A stretch of 64,000 nt of DNA from an uncultured cyanobacterium (GTDB taxonomy: Bacteria; Cyanobacteriota; Cyanobacteriia; Cyanobacteriales; Nostocaceae), in the NCBI GenBank assembly GCA_963706595.1, contig OY970166.1, positions 384,001 through 448,000 of the forward strand. The letters are read 5' to 3'. Positions 8,801-18,764 of the stretch are shown piece by piece. Every line of letters begins with the position of its first letter. Position 1 is the stretch's first letter. Under the pieces are notes generated by a model. The model did not search any database, was not told where the DNA came from, and worked only from the letters and a program-made list of their open reading frames with translations. The position numbers and the translations under genes were made by a program.

Positions 8801-11703
8801 CCAATCCGGCTGAGGCGTTCTTTGTAGACTACTCCAACAACCGCGACTTTAGTGAAGCTTCTGATTCAGGAATGGTTGGGGATTTGGGTGCTGAGGGTGT
8901 GATTTTTATTGATGCCGCAGATAGCCCTAATGGTGAACCTCTGCTAGTGGTGGGCAATGAAGTCAGTGGCACTACAACCCTGTTTGAAATTGCTCCTGCT
9001 CCCTTCACTCTGCAATTGTTCCATTTTGCTGACCAAGAAGCAGGTACTCCCGCTTTTGAAGACGCGCCTCGCTTCTCGGCGGTACTGAATGCCCTCAAAG
9101 CAGAGGATATTGATCAAGATGGTGTGTCTGGCTTCGACAATACCCTGATTCTTTCTTCTGGCGATGCTTACATTCCGGGTCTGTTTCTGAATGCTTCTGA
9201 ATCCGTTTATGGTGGTGTAGGCCGGGGTGATATTCTGATTCAGAATGCCTTGGGAGTACAGGCGATCGCCTTTGGAAACCACGAGTTTAACCTCGGTACG
9301 GCGGTGGTTAGAGATTTGATTGCTGGTGATGCAGCAGATAATTTCCCTGGAACTGCTTTCCCTTACCTGAGTTCTAACCTGGACTTCAGCACCGATAGTA
9401 ATTTGGCTGACTTAGTTGTTCCCGATGCCCAAGCTCCTGAACCTAACAGCATTGCCGCCAGCGTGGTGATTGATGTCAATGGCGAGAAGATTGGGGTTGT
9501 TGGTGCTACCACGCCAACTCTGCCCGTGATCTCTAGTCCGGGAGATGTCACTGTTAACCCAGAATCATTTAATGTCAATCCTACCTCTGCCCAACTCGAT
9601 GCCCTAGCAGCTGAGATTCAAGCTGATGTCGATGCCCTGTTAGCGGCTAACCCCGATGTTAATAAGGTGGTTGTACTGGCTCATATGCAGCAGTTAGCTA
9701 TTGAGCAGCAGTTGGCAACCCGGTTGAGCAATGTCGATATTATTGTGGCTGGTGGTTCCAACACCCGCTTAGTGGATGAAAGCGATCGCCTCCGGGCTGG
9801 GGATACAAATCAAGGAACCTATCCCATATTCACCACCGATGCTGATGGTAAACCAGTAGCGATTGTCAATACCGACGGTAACTACAAATACCTGGGTCGT
9901 TTAGTTATCGACTTTGATGACAACGGTGTAATTATCCCAGACAGCTATGACTCAGCCATTAGTGGGGCTTACGCTACCGATGCTCAGGGAGTGGCAGATT
10001 TGGGGGCTGAGGCTCTGGTTGATCCGCAAATTCAAGCCATTGTCGATAACCTGCGTGATGTGGTTGTGCAGCAGGAAAGCAATGTCTTCGGAATTAGCGA
10101 GGTATATTTGACTGGCGATCGCAACAGTGTACGACGGCAGGAAACCAACTTGGGCAACCTCACCGCCGATGCTAATTTGGCATTAGCCAAGGAAGTAGAA
10201 TCCGAAGTGGTGATTTCCTTGAAGAACGGCGGCGGTATTCGCAACAATATTGGTCGAGTAGTTGTACCTACAGGCAGCACCGGGGAATCTGAAACTCTAC
10301 CCAACGAAGCCGTAACAGATGCTGACGGTAATATTGTCAAGCCCGAAGGTGGCATTTCGGAAAACGATATCGCCAACGCCCTCAGTTTCAATAATGGCTT
10401 GACATTGGTAACTGTTACTGCTGAGGAACTCTTAGCTTTGGTAGAACACGCTGTAGCTTCTAGCACTTCAGATGATTCCGCAACTCCGGGAAGTTTCCCT
10501 CAAATTGCTGGCTTCTCCTTTAGCTTCGACCTCTCCCGTGAACCAGGTAATCGCGTTCTCTCTCTAGCCATTGAAGACGAAACAGGCAAAGACCTGGATG
10601 TAGTGGTGGAAGCAGGGGCAATCGTCGGCGACCCCAACCGCACCTTCCGCATGGTTACTCTTAACTTCCTAGCTGGCGGCGGTGACGGCTATCCTTTCCC
10701 TCAAGGCGAAAGTGCCAACCAAGTAGATTTAGCTCAAGCCATCGATGCCCCCCGCACGGGTAACGCGACCTTTGCTCCTGATGGCAGTGAGCAAGATGCT
10801 TTGGCAGAGTACCTATTCCAAAACTTCCTAGATACACCCTTTAGTGAAGCAGATACACCTCGTGAGCTTGATCAACGACTGCAAAATCTAGCCTTCCGAG
10901 CTGATACAGTTATCGATCCCCTCACAGTGTTTAGCGGCACTCCTGGTACTGATGACTTGATGTTAACCAGCGCCCAATCTGGATTCACAGTCTTTACAGG
11001 TGATGGCGATGACGATGTAGACGCAAGTCAGGCTTCTCCAGCGCAGATATACGGCGGTAGAGGCAACGATACAATCTTAGTCGGTAGCGAAACTTACGCC
11101 AGTGGTGGAGACGGTGATGATACTTTGCTCCTTGGCGCAGAAGGTGCAGCTGGTGGCAGTGTGTTAGATGGCGGTAAGGGTAATGATACTATTCGAGTCA
11201 TCGAAGCGGCTGAGTCTAACATCCTGCTAGGGGGTGCTGATAACGACAACCTACAGGTTGCTGAAGGCAGTGGACAAATGCTCTTTGGTGGTTCTGATAG
11301 TGATGTGTTGCGTTCTAGTCCCGACGGTAACAATCGCCTCTACGGTGGTTCTGGTGATGACACATTGTACTCCACAGTAGGCGATCGCCTGTTTGGTGGC
11401 GATGGCGATGATAGCCTCTACGCCGGACAAGGAGGTAACAATTTACTCTGGGGTGGTGCTGGCGCGGATAACTTCTGGCTAGTAGTTGGTGGTTCCTTAC
11501 CCGATGCTGCCAATGTCGTCAAGGATTTTGAAATCGGAATAGACCGCATCGGTATGAGTGGCATTACTTCTAACCAAGTAAGTTTCCTTGGTCAGAACGG
11601 CGATACCTTAATTCAAATTGGCGGTGCTGATGTCGCTCTACTCGAAGGAATCAGCCAGAACCAACTGAATATCAACGATTCTAATCAGTTCATCTTTGCT
11701 TAA
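5857..11703 (+). CDS. Giant multidomain phosphatase: choice-of-anchor I (atypical PhoA-like) propeller + phytase-like domain + CHRD + metallophosphoesterase/5'-nucleotidase + RTX Ca-binding tail
   Basis: AAEIV, TANEGD, SDNKGPEPEG, DEYRP/NRGFEG, HLH...YFNVHT..P.GEIRGQL, GNHEF, ETNLGNLTADA, GGxGxD repeats. Confidence 0.85.
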   Translation: MSKIQLNPIGTYETGIFDASAAEIVVHDPQTQRLFVVNASTPAVDVLDISDPTNPTKLFSLDPSAYGATANSVAVLNGIVAVAIDNVVATDPGSVVFFDTDGNFLNAVTVGALPDMLLFTPDGSKILVGNEGEPNSAYTIDPEGSVSIIDISGGVANLTQANVSTADFRGFNDQKEALIASGVRIFGDNATVAQDVEPEYIVVSSDSRTAYVALQENNAIAVVDIESGTVTDILPLGYKSHGVELFTFDRTTLPAFDGTTSVEPAISGEILLGGLSGMFFERITDSGNLQFIGVPDRNPSSTRDTTGDGSNDARVFPFADAPTEIVRFELDRNTRQITVTERVQLFREDGTTPVTRLPNIQGDDDGLTPIAPDGTVLDFDPYGADFEGVLRTEDGSYWLVDEYRPAIYHFNAQGILVNRFVAEGTAASAGQPVGTFGSEVLPPEYALSRDNRGFEGLAYQDGKVFAFVQSPLNNPSSRNSEVIRIVELDVATSTATGEYLYVLEGGDSDKIGDAVSLGAGTGEFLVIERDSIAGRDSIKNVFRINLAEATNLMTVDADTLPAGATFDSLSARELRALGINPVGKTLEVDLAKIGYDFVDKPEGLALIDANTIAVLNDNDFEAGPLALGLIDLRSLNNPLDVSDRDGAINLTNYPNLYGTYHPDGIAITEINGQTYIVTANEGDARDYDGFSEEARVKDLILDRDAFPHARELQADENLGRLTVTTANGMSDGVFFKSNLTGAQEAVPVTTEASGSAVLKLNEDRTALSYELTVEGLDFGSILGLSPQTPDTADDVTMLHLHEAAAGANGPVVFGILSPDQDPELSFTTNQDGSTTLKGIWRESDPANKSLSEFIPTLVDASIDDQVNLYFNVHTEGNPGGEIRGQLTSTLAYNELYAFGGRSFAIWDTQGNLVYDSGSDFERITAVQFPDNFNSDHSETNFDNRSDNKGPEPEGVAIGEIDGRTYAFVGLERLGGVMTYDITNPAEAFFVDYSNNRDFSEASDSGMVGDLGAEGVIFIDAADSPNGEPLLVVGNEVSGTTTLFEIAPAPFTLQLFHFADQEAGTPAFEDAPRFSAVLNALKAEDIDQDGVSGFDNTLILSSGDAYIPGLFLNASESVYGGVGRGDILIQNALGVQAIAFGNHEFNLGTAVVRDLIAGDAADNFPGTAFPYLSSNLDFSTDSNLADLVVPDAQAPEPNSIAASVVIDVNGEKIGVVGATTPTLPVISSPGDVTVNPESFNVNPTSAQLDALAAEIQADVDALLAANPDVNKVVVLAHMQQLAIEQQLATRLSNVDIIVAGGSNTRLVDESDRLRAGDTNQGTYPIFTTDADGKPVAIVNTDGNYKYLGRLVIDFDDNGVIIPDSYDSAISGAYATDAQGVADLGAEALVDPQIQAIVDNLRDVVVQQESNVFGISEVYLTGDRNSVRRQETNLGNLTADANLALAKEVESEVVISLKNGGGIRNNIGRVVVPTGSTGESETLPNEAVTDADGNIVKPEGGISENDIANALSFNNGLTLVTVTAEELLALVEHAVASSTSDDSATPGSFPQIAGFSFSFDLSREPGNRVLSLAIEDETGKDLDVVVEAGAIVGDPNRTFRMVTLNFLAGGGDGYPFPQGESANQVDLAQAIDAPRTGNATFAPDGSEQDALAEYLFQNFLDTPFSEADTPRELDQRLQNLAFRADTVIDPLTVFSGTPGTDDLMLTSAQSGFTVFTGDGDDDVDASQASPAQIYGGRGNDTILVGSETYASGGDGDDTLLLGAEGAAGGSVLDGGKGNDTIRVIEAAESNILLGGADNDNLQVAEGSGQMLFGGSDSDVLRSSPDGNNRLYGGSGDDTLYSTVGDRLFGGDGDDSLYAGQGGNNLLWGGAGADNFWLVVGGSLPDAANVVKDFEIGIDRIGMSGITSNQVSFLGQNGDTLIQIGGADVALLEGISQNQLNINDSNQFIFA

Positions 11704-11765
11704 GCGTTAGACAGATAGCTGTGGAAGTTCAGCCAATCAAGCTGGACTTCTCCTACCGAGTAATT

Positions 11766-12236
11766 GTGCTGATAATGACAACCTCCAGGTTGCTGAAGGA
11801 CGTGGGCAAATGCTCTTTGCTGGTTCAAGTAGTGATGTACTGCGTTCTAGCCCCGACGGTCATAATCGCCTCTACGGTGGCTCTGGTGATCACCAATTGT
11901 ACTCCAAAGTAGGCGATCGCCTACTTTGGTGGTGATGGCAATGATAGCCTCTACGCCGGACAAGGCGGTAACAATTTACTTTGGGGTGGTGCAGGCGCAG
12001 ATAATTTCTGGTTAGTAGATGCTGGTTCAACACCAGATGCTGCCAATGTAGTCAAGGATTTTGAAATAGGAATAGACCGCATCGATATGAGTGGCATTAC
12101 TTCTAACCAAGTTAATTTACTTGCTCAAAACGGCGATACCTTAATTCAAATTGGTGGTGCTGATGTCGCTCTACTCGAAGGCGTGAACCAAACTCAGCTT
12201 GATCTCAATAATGAGCAGCAGTTTGTCTTTATCTAA
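11766..12236 (+). pseudogene. Degenerate duplicate of the phosphatase RTX/C-terminal tail
   Basis: Closely matches 11234-11703, with frameshifts and no start. Confidence 0.85.
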
Positions 12237-12355
12237 CAAGTTTTAGGAAACAGCAGCCAACAAACAGCACTTCTAAGCACAGTCAGTCAACAAATATTTA
12301 ACCTCACCCATATTTTCTCTACTCCTGGGAAAACAGCTACTTCCCGAACACAGGT

Positions 12356-14863
12356 TTGCATTTCCAAACCATGCAACTGAACTTGAATTTTTCAGGTAAT
12401 TACAAATCACAAGCGACTGAAATGAATCTAATAAATACAGAAGCAGAAAACATCCTCAAGACAATAGAAGCTCAAGCTATTCAAGAAGCCGCAGAAGGTA
12501 TAGTCAATGAGTCCAGAATATTTGGTACTGATGGTGAAGATGAAATATTAGCTCCCAGCACAGGAGATATTCAAGTATTTGGCTTGGCTGGTAATGACAT
12601 TCTCGACGCTACAACCTCCCAAGGAGAGGTGATGTTATTTGGGGGACTAAATAATGACACGCTGATTGGTGATCATAACCATACGCTCTACGGTGGTGAA
12701 GGGGATGATAGGTTATTGGCCGCAGGTAGTATTGGCCGAAATAAATTATACGGTGGTGCTGATAATGATACTCTGATTGTGGTTGAAGGCAGCCATAATG
12801 AGCTTTACGGCGGAGACGGTAACGATAGGCTGACTATCTCAGATGGCGGTGGATTCAATCGTCTGTACGGGGACGAGGGGAACGATGTTCTTGATGCCTC
12901 TAGCGGTACTGGGAATAATCAACTGTTTGGCGGATCTGGTCATAACCGCTTGATTGCAGGCGCAGCAACCGATGAACTGTTTGGTGGTGAAGGAGATGAT
13001 CAGCTATTTGCGGCTAACGGTGGTATTCTCACCGGGGGCGGGGGAGAGAATACTTTTTACCTCGCCAATGCCTCAATTCCCACTGAATATGCTGTAATTA
13101 CAGATTTTAAACCAGGAAGCGATAGCGAAGCGCTGCGAAGCGATCGCCTTGTGGTTGCTGGTCTACCCGATCTCACCGGGGTAAAGGTGGTATTGGAAGA
13201 TGCAGACACCCTTGTAATTGGTCTGTTGTCTGACAGAGAAGTACCCTTAGCCCGGCTCGTAGGTATCCAGCCGAATGCCTTGGTAGCAGGTCGTGATATC
13301 TTTTCTCAGCAGCAGGACGGTCCTCTAGTACCTGTCAATATTCTGATACCTGACCCAATAGACCCTGACCCGGTAGACCCTGACCCAGTAGACCCTGACC
13401 CAGTAGACCCCGACCCAGTAGACCCCGACCCAGTAGACCCAGTTGAACCTAACTCCATTAACCTGCTCCCCGGTGATTTTGAAATTACCGAGATTGCTTT
13501 CATTGATATTCTCAATGATACCAATCTTCTAGAGAGATTCACACAGGACATTCCAGATAGTGAGTTATATACACAACTGTTGTCATTCACCATTGCCCCC
13601 ACTCCTGGCTCTGATCCAGACATCTTCTCTGGTAAAATTCAGAGGGCAGAACTGATCTTTAATGAAAGACCGTCAAACGCTCCCGACTACAACGCCTTGG
13701 TGAAGCTGATTGACGGTCAGTTATTCCTCTCTGACTTCAATCCCAACGCTGGCTTAGGTACAGTCCTGCGAGACCGGGATGGTAATGGTAGTTTTGATGG
13801 GGCGACACTGTTCTTAAAAGACAATGCCCAAGGAGATTTAAATCCAACTCTTGAGTTGATCAGTGACCTTGGTGTGCCAGTGGTAATCAGGGTTAATCAA
13901 AATAGTCCCCTAACGGTGACTATCACAAACGGTCAAAGCGACCCATTAACAGCAATCTTTGGTACTACCTTTAAATTTTCTGTAGAAGGCTCAACTGCTT
14001 CCTCTCAGGTGCTGGAGGCGATTTTCCGAGATGGTACAACTCAAACGCTTCTCACCACTTTAGGCGATGCTTCTGGTCTACCTACCAATATCAACGAAAT
14101 CCTGACTAATCTCCAGTCATCCCTGGGTACTAAGGACAGCGACGGCAGAACGGTGCGGTTTCAACTGCGGGAGATTGGAACTAATGCCATTACCGAGTTA
14201 ACTATTGGAGACGTTACTCCCAGTAGCTTTGGGCTATCAGGTGGTGAGTTCAACATTGGGGCAGAGATTATTGGCGCAACTGACGTTGAAATTTATACCC
14301 AAGAACTTGAAGTGAATGGTGAAGGCTTTCAAGCCATTAGCCTGAGAGACCTCACTCCTATTGCTGCTCCTGGGGACGACACAATCACTATTCAGGTCGA
14401 AGCTACCCTGCACCGGGAAGCGGACTTTAATAATCTGGTGGGTTTTTACTTAGCCCAAAGAACTACAGGCGCAGTGGTCGATCCCCTGACGGGTCTCAGT
14501 GTAGCTGACCTTGGTAATGGTCAGGAATATCTCAGCGCGGTACGTGACAACTCGGTGCTGACTGGTAGGGTTGCTAATAACCAAACCGGGGCGCTTGCTA
14601 ACAATGGTAGATTTGAAATGCTTACCAGTATTGACCTATCTGCTCATGTCCTGCTACCCTTCTTGGTGGCAAATGGCGATATCAACTCAATAAAATCTGA
14701 CTTTAGTAACCTCTATGTAGCCAGTATCGGTACTAACTTTGACCGCAGCAACCATGTACAATTGCTGGGGAACAACATCTTCGGCTTTGAGGATTTATTC
14801 GGGGGTGGTGACCAGGACTTTGATGACATGATTGTTGAGGTAAAAGGACTAAGCTTGGTATGA
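12356..14863 (+). CDS. RTX calcium-binding protein with (DPDPV)n linker and C-terminal DUF4114-like domain
   Basis: GGxGxD repeats; READFNNLVGFY and FGFEDLFGGGDQDFDD motifs; start uncertain. Confidence 0.8.
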   Translation: MHFQTMQLNLNFSGNYKSQATEMNLINTEAENILKTIEAQAIQEAAEGIVNESRIFGTDGEDEILAPSTGDIQVFGLAGNDILDATTSQGEVMLFGGLNNDTLIGDHNHTLYGGEGDDRLLAAGSIGRNKLYGGADNDTLIVVEGSHNELYGGDGNDRLTISDGGGFNRLYGDEGNDVLDASSGTGNNQLFGGSGHNRLIAGAATDELFGGEGDDQLFAANGGILTGGGGENTFYLANASIPTEYAVITDFKPGSDSEALRSDRLVVAGLPDLTGVKVVLEDADTLVIGLLSDREVPLARLVGIQPNALVAGRDIFSQQQDGPLVPVNILIPDPIDPDPVDPDPVDPDPVDPDPVDPDPVDPVEPNSINLLPGDFEITEIAFIDILNDTNLLERFTQDIPDSELYTQLLSFTIAPTPGSDPDIFSGKIQRAELIFNERPSNAPDYNALVKLIDGQLFLSDFNPNAGLGTVLRDRDGNGSFDGATLFLKDNAQGDLNPTLELISDLGVPVVIRVNQNSPLTVTITNGQSDPLTAIFGTTFKFSVEGSTASSQVLEAIFRDGTTQTLLTTLGDASGLPTNINEILTNLQSSLGTKDSDGRTVRFQLREIGTNAITELTIGDVTPSSFGLSGGEFNIGAEIIGATDVEIYTQELEVNGEGFQAISLRDLTPIAAPGDDTITIQVEATLHREADFNNLVGFYLAQRTTGAVVDPLTGLSVADLGNGQEYLSAVRDNSVLTGRVANNQTGALANNGRFEMLTSIDLSAHVLLPFLVANGDINSIKSDFSNLYVASIGTNFDRSNHVQLLGNNIFGFEDLFGGGDQDFDDMIVEVKGLSLV
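13119..13147. repeat. 21-nt repeat inserted in frame at a HIP1 site
   Basis: GCGATAGCGAAGCGCTGCGAAGCGATCGC; adds SDSEALR to the protein. Confidence 0.75.
13349..13441 (+). repeat. 15-nt coding tandem repeat (GACCCYGACCCRGTA), about 6 copies
   Basis: Seen directly; encodes DPDPV. Confidence 0.9.
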
Positions 14864-14924
14864 CCTGAAGAGGCAGGGGAGCAGGGAGCAGGGAGAAGGA
14901 TTTTTAATTCCCCAGCCAACAGGG

Positions 14925-15056
14925 ATACAAGCCCCTGCATTTATGTATGCCAAACATAAAAATATTTATTATGCCTACGGCACGCTGCGCGAACGAGACA
15001 CGCAAGTGCGAAAAATAATGCGTCCTTTTCCCAAGCCCCTGTATTTACGCATGGGG
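14925..15056. mobile_element. IS200/IS605-like non-autonomous remnant with a nested small dispersed repeat
   Basis: Two CAAGCCCCTG(C/T)ATTTA ends; internal GCCTACGGCACGCTGCGCGAACG resembles the reverse complement of 307-329. Confidence 0.45.
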
Positions 15057-15304
15057 TTCTCCCCCCTGCACCCCGCCCCCTGCCCCTTGTCCTCTTGCTT
15101 GACCTGATGCAATGATGGATACTCAGGAACCCTAGTGATAGAGATCATCTGTTGCGCCTACAATTTGCAGACAATAGATAGCTACGTTAATGCTCCAGGT
15201 GAACCATGCGATCGCCTGGAGTATTGTTATAATGTCAGTCATGACTAATCACAAAGAACTGATATTGTCAACTTTATATTTAACTCAAAGCCTGAACAGA
15301 CTTT

Positions 15305-15550
15305 ATGGTAACAATTATGTTGCAATCAATTGAAGGGGTTTATAAACAAGGTAAAGTAGAACTTACGGAATTACCGTCGGGTATTTCAGAAAGTCGTGTG
15401 ATTGTCACTTTTTTAGAGTCTAAAAAAAATCCCGTCAAAAAGCAAATAATGCAATTTGGGCTATTTTCTGGAAATCAACAGTCAACGGAAGCAGATTTTG
15501 AAATTGTTGAATTTCATGGAGATAGCGAAGACAATTTAGATTGGTCATAA
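15305..15550 (+). CDS. Putative antitoxin
   Basis: Small protein (SIEGVYKQGKVEL) directly upstream of a PIN gene. Confidence 0.7.
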   Translation: MVTIMLQSIEGVYKQGKVELTELPSGISESRVIVTFLESKKNPVKKQIMQFGLFSGNQQSTEADFEIVEFHGDSEDNLDWS

Positions 15551-15556
15551 GTAATT

Positions 15557-15955
15557 GTGAAATACGTCATAGATACTCATGCTCTAATCTGGTTTCTCGA
15601 AGGTAATTTACGGTTAGGTGCAAAGGCTAAAGTTATCCTTTCGCAACCTGATGCTCAATTAGTTATTCCTGCAACTACCTTAGCCGAAGCTGTTTGGATT
15701 GTGGAAAGAGGTAAAACATCTATTCCTGATCCTAAAGATGTCATTTCAGTAGTAGAAACTGACCCCCGTGTGGTAATTTATCCACTTGATAAAGAGGTCA
15801 TTCAAATGACTATGAGCTTATCTGTGATTAATGAAATGCACTATAGGCAAATTGTAGCAACTGCGCTAGTTTTAGCCAGTAAAGGTGAAGTTGTGCAGTT
15901 ATTGACCTGTGACCAAAATATAACTGCGTCGGGCTTAATTGCTATTGTTTGGTAA
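15557..15955 (+). CDS. vapC: PIN-domain (VapC-family) toxin
   Basis: YVIDTHALIW N-terminus, LAE, LLTCD. Confidence 0.85.
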   Translation: MKYVIDTHALIWFLEGNLRLGAKAKVILSQPDAQLVIPATTLAEAVWIVERGKTSIPDPKDVISVVETDPRVVIYPLDKEVIQMTMSLSVINEMHYRQIVATALVLASKGEVVQLLTCDQNITASGLIAIVW

Positions 15956-16081
15956 TTCGTAGATGAAGGCGATCGCACTCCATTATTCTCATCTCCTACT
16001 CTCTGCGCCTGGTGCGCCTGGTGCGTGATACAAATTCATACTTGTAATCAGCAAAGGCTAAACTTTCAAAAACATGATCCG

Positions 16082-16921
16082 CTAAAATCCAAAAGCTAAA
16101 GTATCCAACATATATTTACTTTTTTCCCGTCCAACCTCTAGATAAATCTCTAGCAGTTCTTCATAAGCAGTAGTTCCTCCTACAACACTCCAAAAGTCAT
16201 TTCCGATAACTACAGCTTCATCAAAAGGTAAATAACTTTTTGCTTGCGTCCATTTATAATCAGATTTATTTACACCATAAGGATTATACGGCATTGCATA
16301 GTAAGCTTGTACTTGAGGACGGTTGACTCCGCGCAGTAGATGAAATCTCAATAAACGTTGGAGAACTTCTAAACATTGTCCTTTGTTGGGTTTAGGAGCT
16401 TTAATTTCAAAGAAAAATTCTGTCCCATCTTTTGCAAGAATATAAAGGTCTACGCGAACAATCTTTGTTTCTAAATCATCACTGCGACGAGCATTAAGCA
16501 CTGCTGTAATCATCTGCTCAAAAGATGGTTTTCCTTGCTCCCTTTTTGCAGCAGATTCATAATTTTGTTTTTGCAGTTCAGCTTCTGCAAAAGCTGCAAT
16601 ACTTACTTCAGTTTTAATATCATAACCTCGACGTACATCTTGATGATGTTCGAGAGCGATTAAGCGAGCGCATTCTTCAAAAGAATTACCTAACTTTGTA
16701 CTCAGCCCTCTTTCAAATTGATTTATCCGGATTAATTCTGGGGGAATAAGTGCAGCTTGAAATGGCTTTAATTCTCCATTAGATGAGTGTCTTGATAAAT
16801 ACTCTGTTGCTGTGGTAGGTTTTAAAATATTACGTCCTTTATATTCATCTATAAGACCTTGAATAAAACCCTCTAAATAACCTTTAATTGCTGCACGAGT
16901 ATTTGCACTAATAGCTACCAT
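16082..16921 (-). CDS. Type II restriction endonuclease, TdeIII-like
   Basis: PD-(D/E)xK core VDLY...FEIKAPKPNKGQ; adjacent to a C5-MTase. Confidence 0.8.
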   Translation of the reverse strand: MVAISANTRAAIKGYLEGFIQGLIDEYKGRNILKPTTATEYLSRHSSNGELKPFQAALIPPELIRINQFERGLSTKLGNSFEECARLIALEHHQDVRRGYDIKTEVSIAAFAEAELQKQNYESAAKREQGKPSFEQMITAVLNARRSDDLETKIVRVDLYILAKDGTEFFFEIKAPKPNKGQCLEVLQRLLRFHLLRGVNRPQVQAYYAMPYNPYGVNKSDYKWTQAKSYLPFDEAVVIGNDFWSVVGGTTAYEELLEIYLEVGREKSKYMLDTLAFGF

Positions 16922-16935
16922 ATTTAAAATTAAAC

Positions 16936-18322
16936 CTATAAAATGATTTTTAACAAAGCATTTGCTAAATGATAGACTACAGGAACTGAAACAGCATTCC
17001 CAAACTGATGCTTGGCTGTAGTTTCATTCTCTGCAATTTGGAAACTTTCTGGAAATCCTTGCAATCTGGCGTAATCTTGTGCAGTTAAAGGTTTATATTT
17101 ATTCTGGTTATAAATTTGTTGAATAAATTTTTGCTTATACACTTCTGGTTGTTCACATTCTATAGATATAGTAGCTACATAATCTCTGGTTCCAGTTGCG
17201 GTTAAAGTTGCAATTGCATCAGCATGAGGTAGAAATATTTTAGAAATCCCGTTAATTCCTGAAGAAATTTTAGAATTTACAAATTCATAACCTTTCTCTT
17301 CTACAAGGCGCAGAATTTTTTTGTCCACTAAAGTATTGATTTCTTCTATCTCTAAACTAGGAATCAAAGATTTTAAAATTTCAAATCTTAAAGGATTACC
17401 ATCTTTTTCCCCATAAATTTTCTTTCTCCTATTTTTTAAGATAGTTTGGCAAATTAGCTTTTCTCTAGGATTGGTTTCTATTAATTCCCAAGAATGGATT
17501 GTAGTATGTCCATCTCTAATATCAGCAAAAGTAAAAAAATCGTTTAATTCGTCTATTTTTTGAAATCTTCCTCTAGAAGCAGGAATTTTACCATCAGTAA
17601 ATAAGATTTCTGGAGAAAATTTCTTTTTAGGTAAATTACTCTGTTGAATTCCAGGAATGAGAATCATAAAGCTTGAGACGTTGATTTAATGCTTTAGGAA
17701 ACGTAAACCCCCAACAATTCGCAATGTCATTTCTAATTCCCACAATAAATACTCTGTCTCTATCTTGAGGTAAACCAAAATCGTAGGAGTTTAGTACCTG
17801 ATATTTAACTACATAGTCAGATGATGTTAAGTTATTAAGTATGTATTCTAAACTTACTCTATTTCTTGGCTCAGTTAAACCTTTGACATTCTCAAATATA
17901 AATGCTTTGGGTTTATTTAGTTGTACAATTCTAAAAACATCAAGCCATAGTTGACCTCTGGGGTCTTGTAAACCTTGCATTTTACCCGCTATAGACCAAG
18001 GTTGACAAGGAACACCACCGACTATCATATCTATTTCAAAAGGCAGTTGATGTAAATTAGTAATATCTCCTAAATAGGCTTCTTCGGCATTGATACCACG
18101 AATAAAGTTTTTTTGATAAACTTTAATAGCTTCTTTATTAATTTCTGAATATCCTAAACAATTTCCGCCTAATTCTTCCAGGGGAATTCTAAAACCACCT
18201 ATACCAGAGAATAGGTCTACAAATGTAAATTTTGTTGTGCATTTGACGGTGTTGGTAGGTTGGAATAATTGAAATAATTCTAGTTGTTGTCCATAAATAC
18301 CTGTTTGCATTGGCGTGGTCAA
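16936..18322 (-). pseudogene. DNA (cytosine-5) methyltransferase split by a +1 frameshift near 17662 (real or sequencing error)
   Basis: FSGIGG, GVPCQ, ENV and Q.R.R in the first ORF; RLQGFP and GNAV in the second; total span is 3n+1. Confidence 0.85.
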
Positions 18323-18518
18323 ATAGAAAATTTAACAAATATATTCTAATTTTAGTATAAACCCTGTTAGCACATTCCCATCGGACATTGCCAAAGCGAT
18401 CGCCTCTGGTATGCTTGGCTAATGCACTCTTTGCAAATTTGCCAAAAGCGTAGATACTCACAGGATGATAGTCTGTGTATATTTAAATTAGGGTAACAGC
18501 AATATAAACAGAAAATGT

Positions 18519-18740
18519 ATGTCTAATTATCAAGATGTGCTTGAGCAAGCTAAAAGCCTTACTCCTGAAGAACAACTAAAGCTAGTTGAAGATTTATCAA
18601 GTTCAATTCGTCAACTGGTGACGATGACACCTAAGCCAAAACGCAGCATTCTAGAGTTACGTGGTTTGGGTAAAGACATCTGGAGTGGAATTGACGCTCA
18701 GGAATATGTCAATCAGGAACGTGATTCATGGAATGGTTAA
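18519..18740 (+). CDS. Putative antitoxin with no intact partner
   Basis: KRSILELRGLGKDIW.GIDAQEYVNQERDSW type; an overlapping ATG at 18728 gives only MEWLNDIK*. Confidence 0.65.
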   Translation: MSNYQDVLEQAKSLTPEEQLKLVEDLSSSIRQLVTMTPKPKRSILELRGLGKDIWSGIDAQEYVNQERDSWNG

Positions 18741-18764
18741 ATGATATTAAATAAATAATAGATA

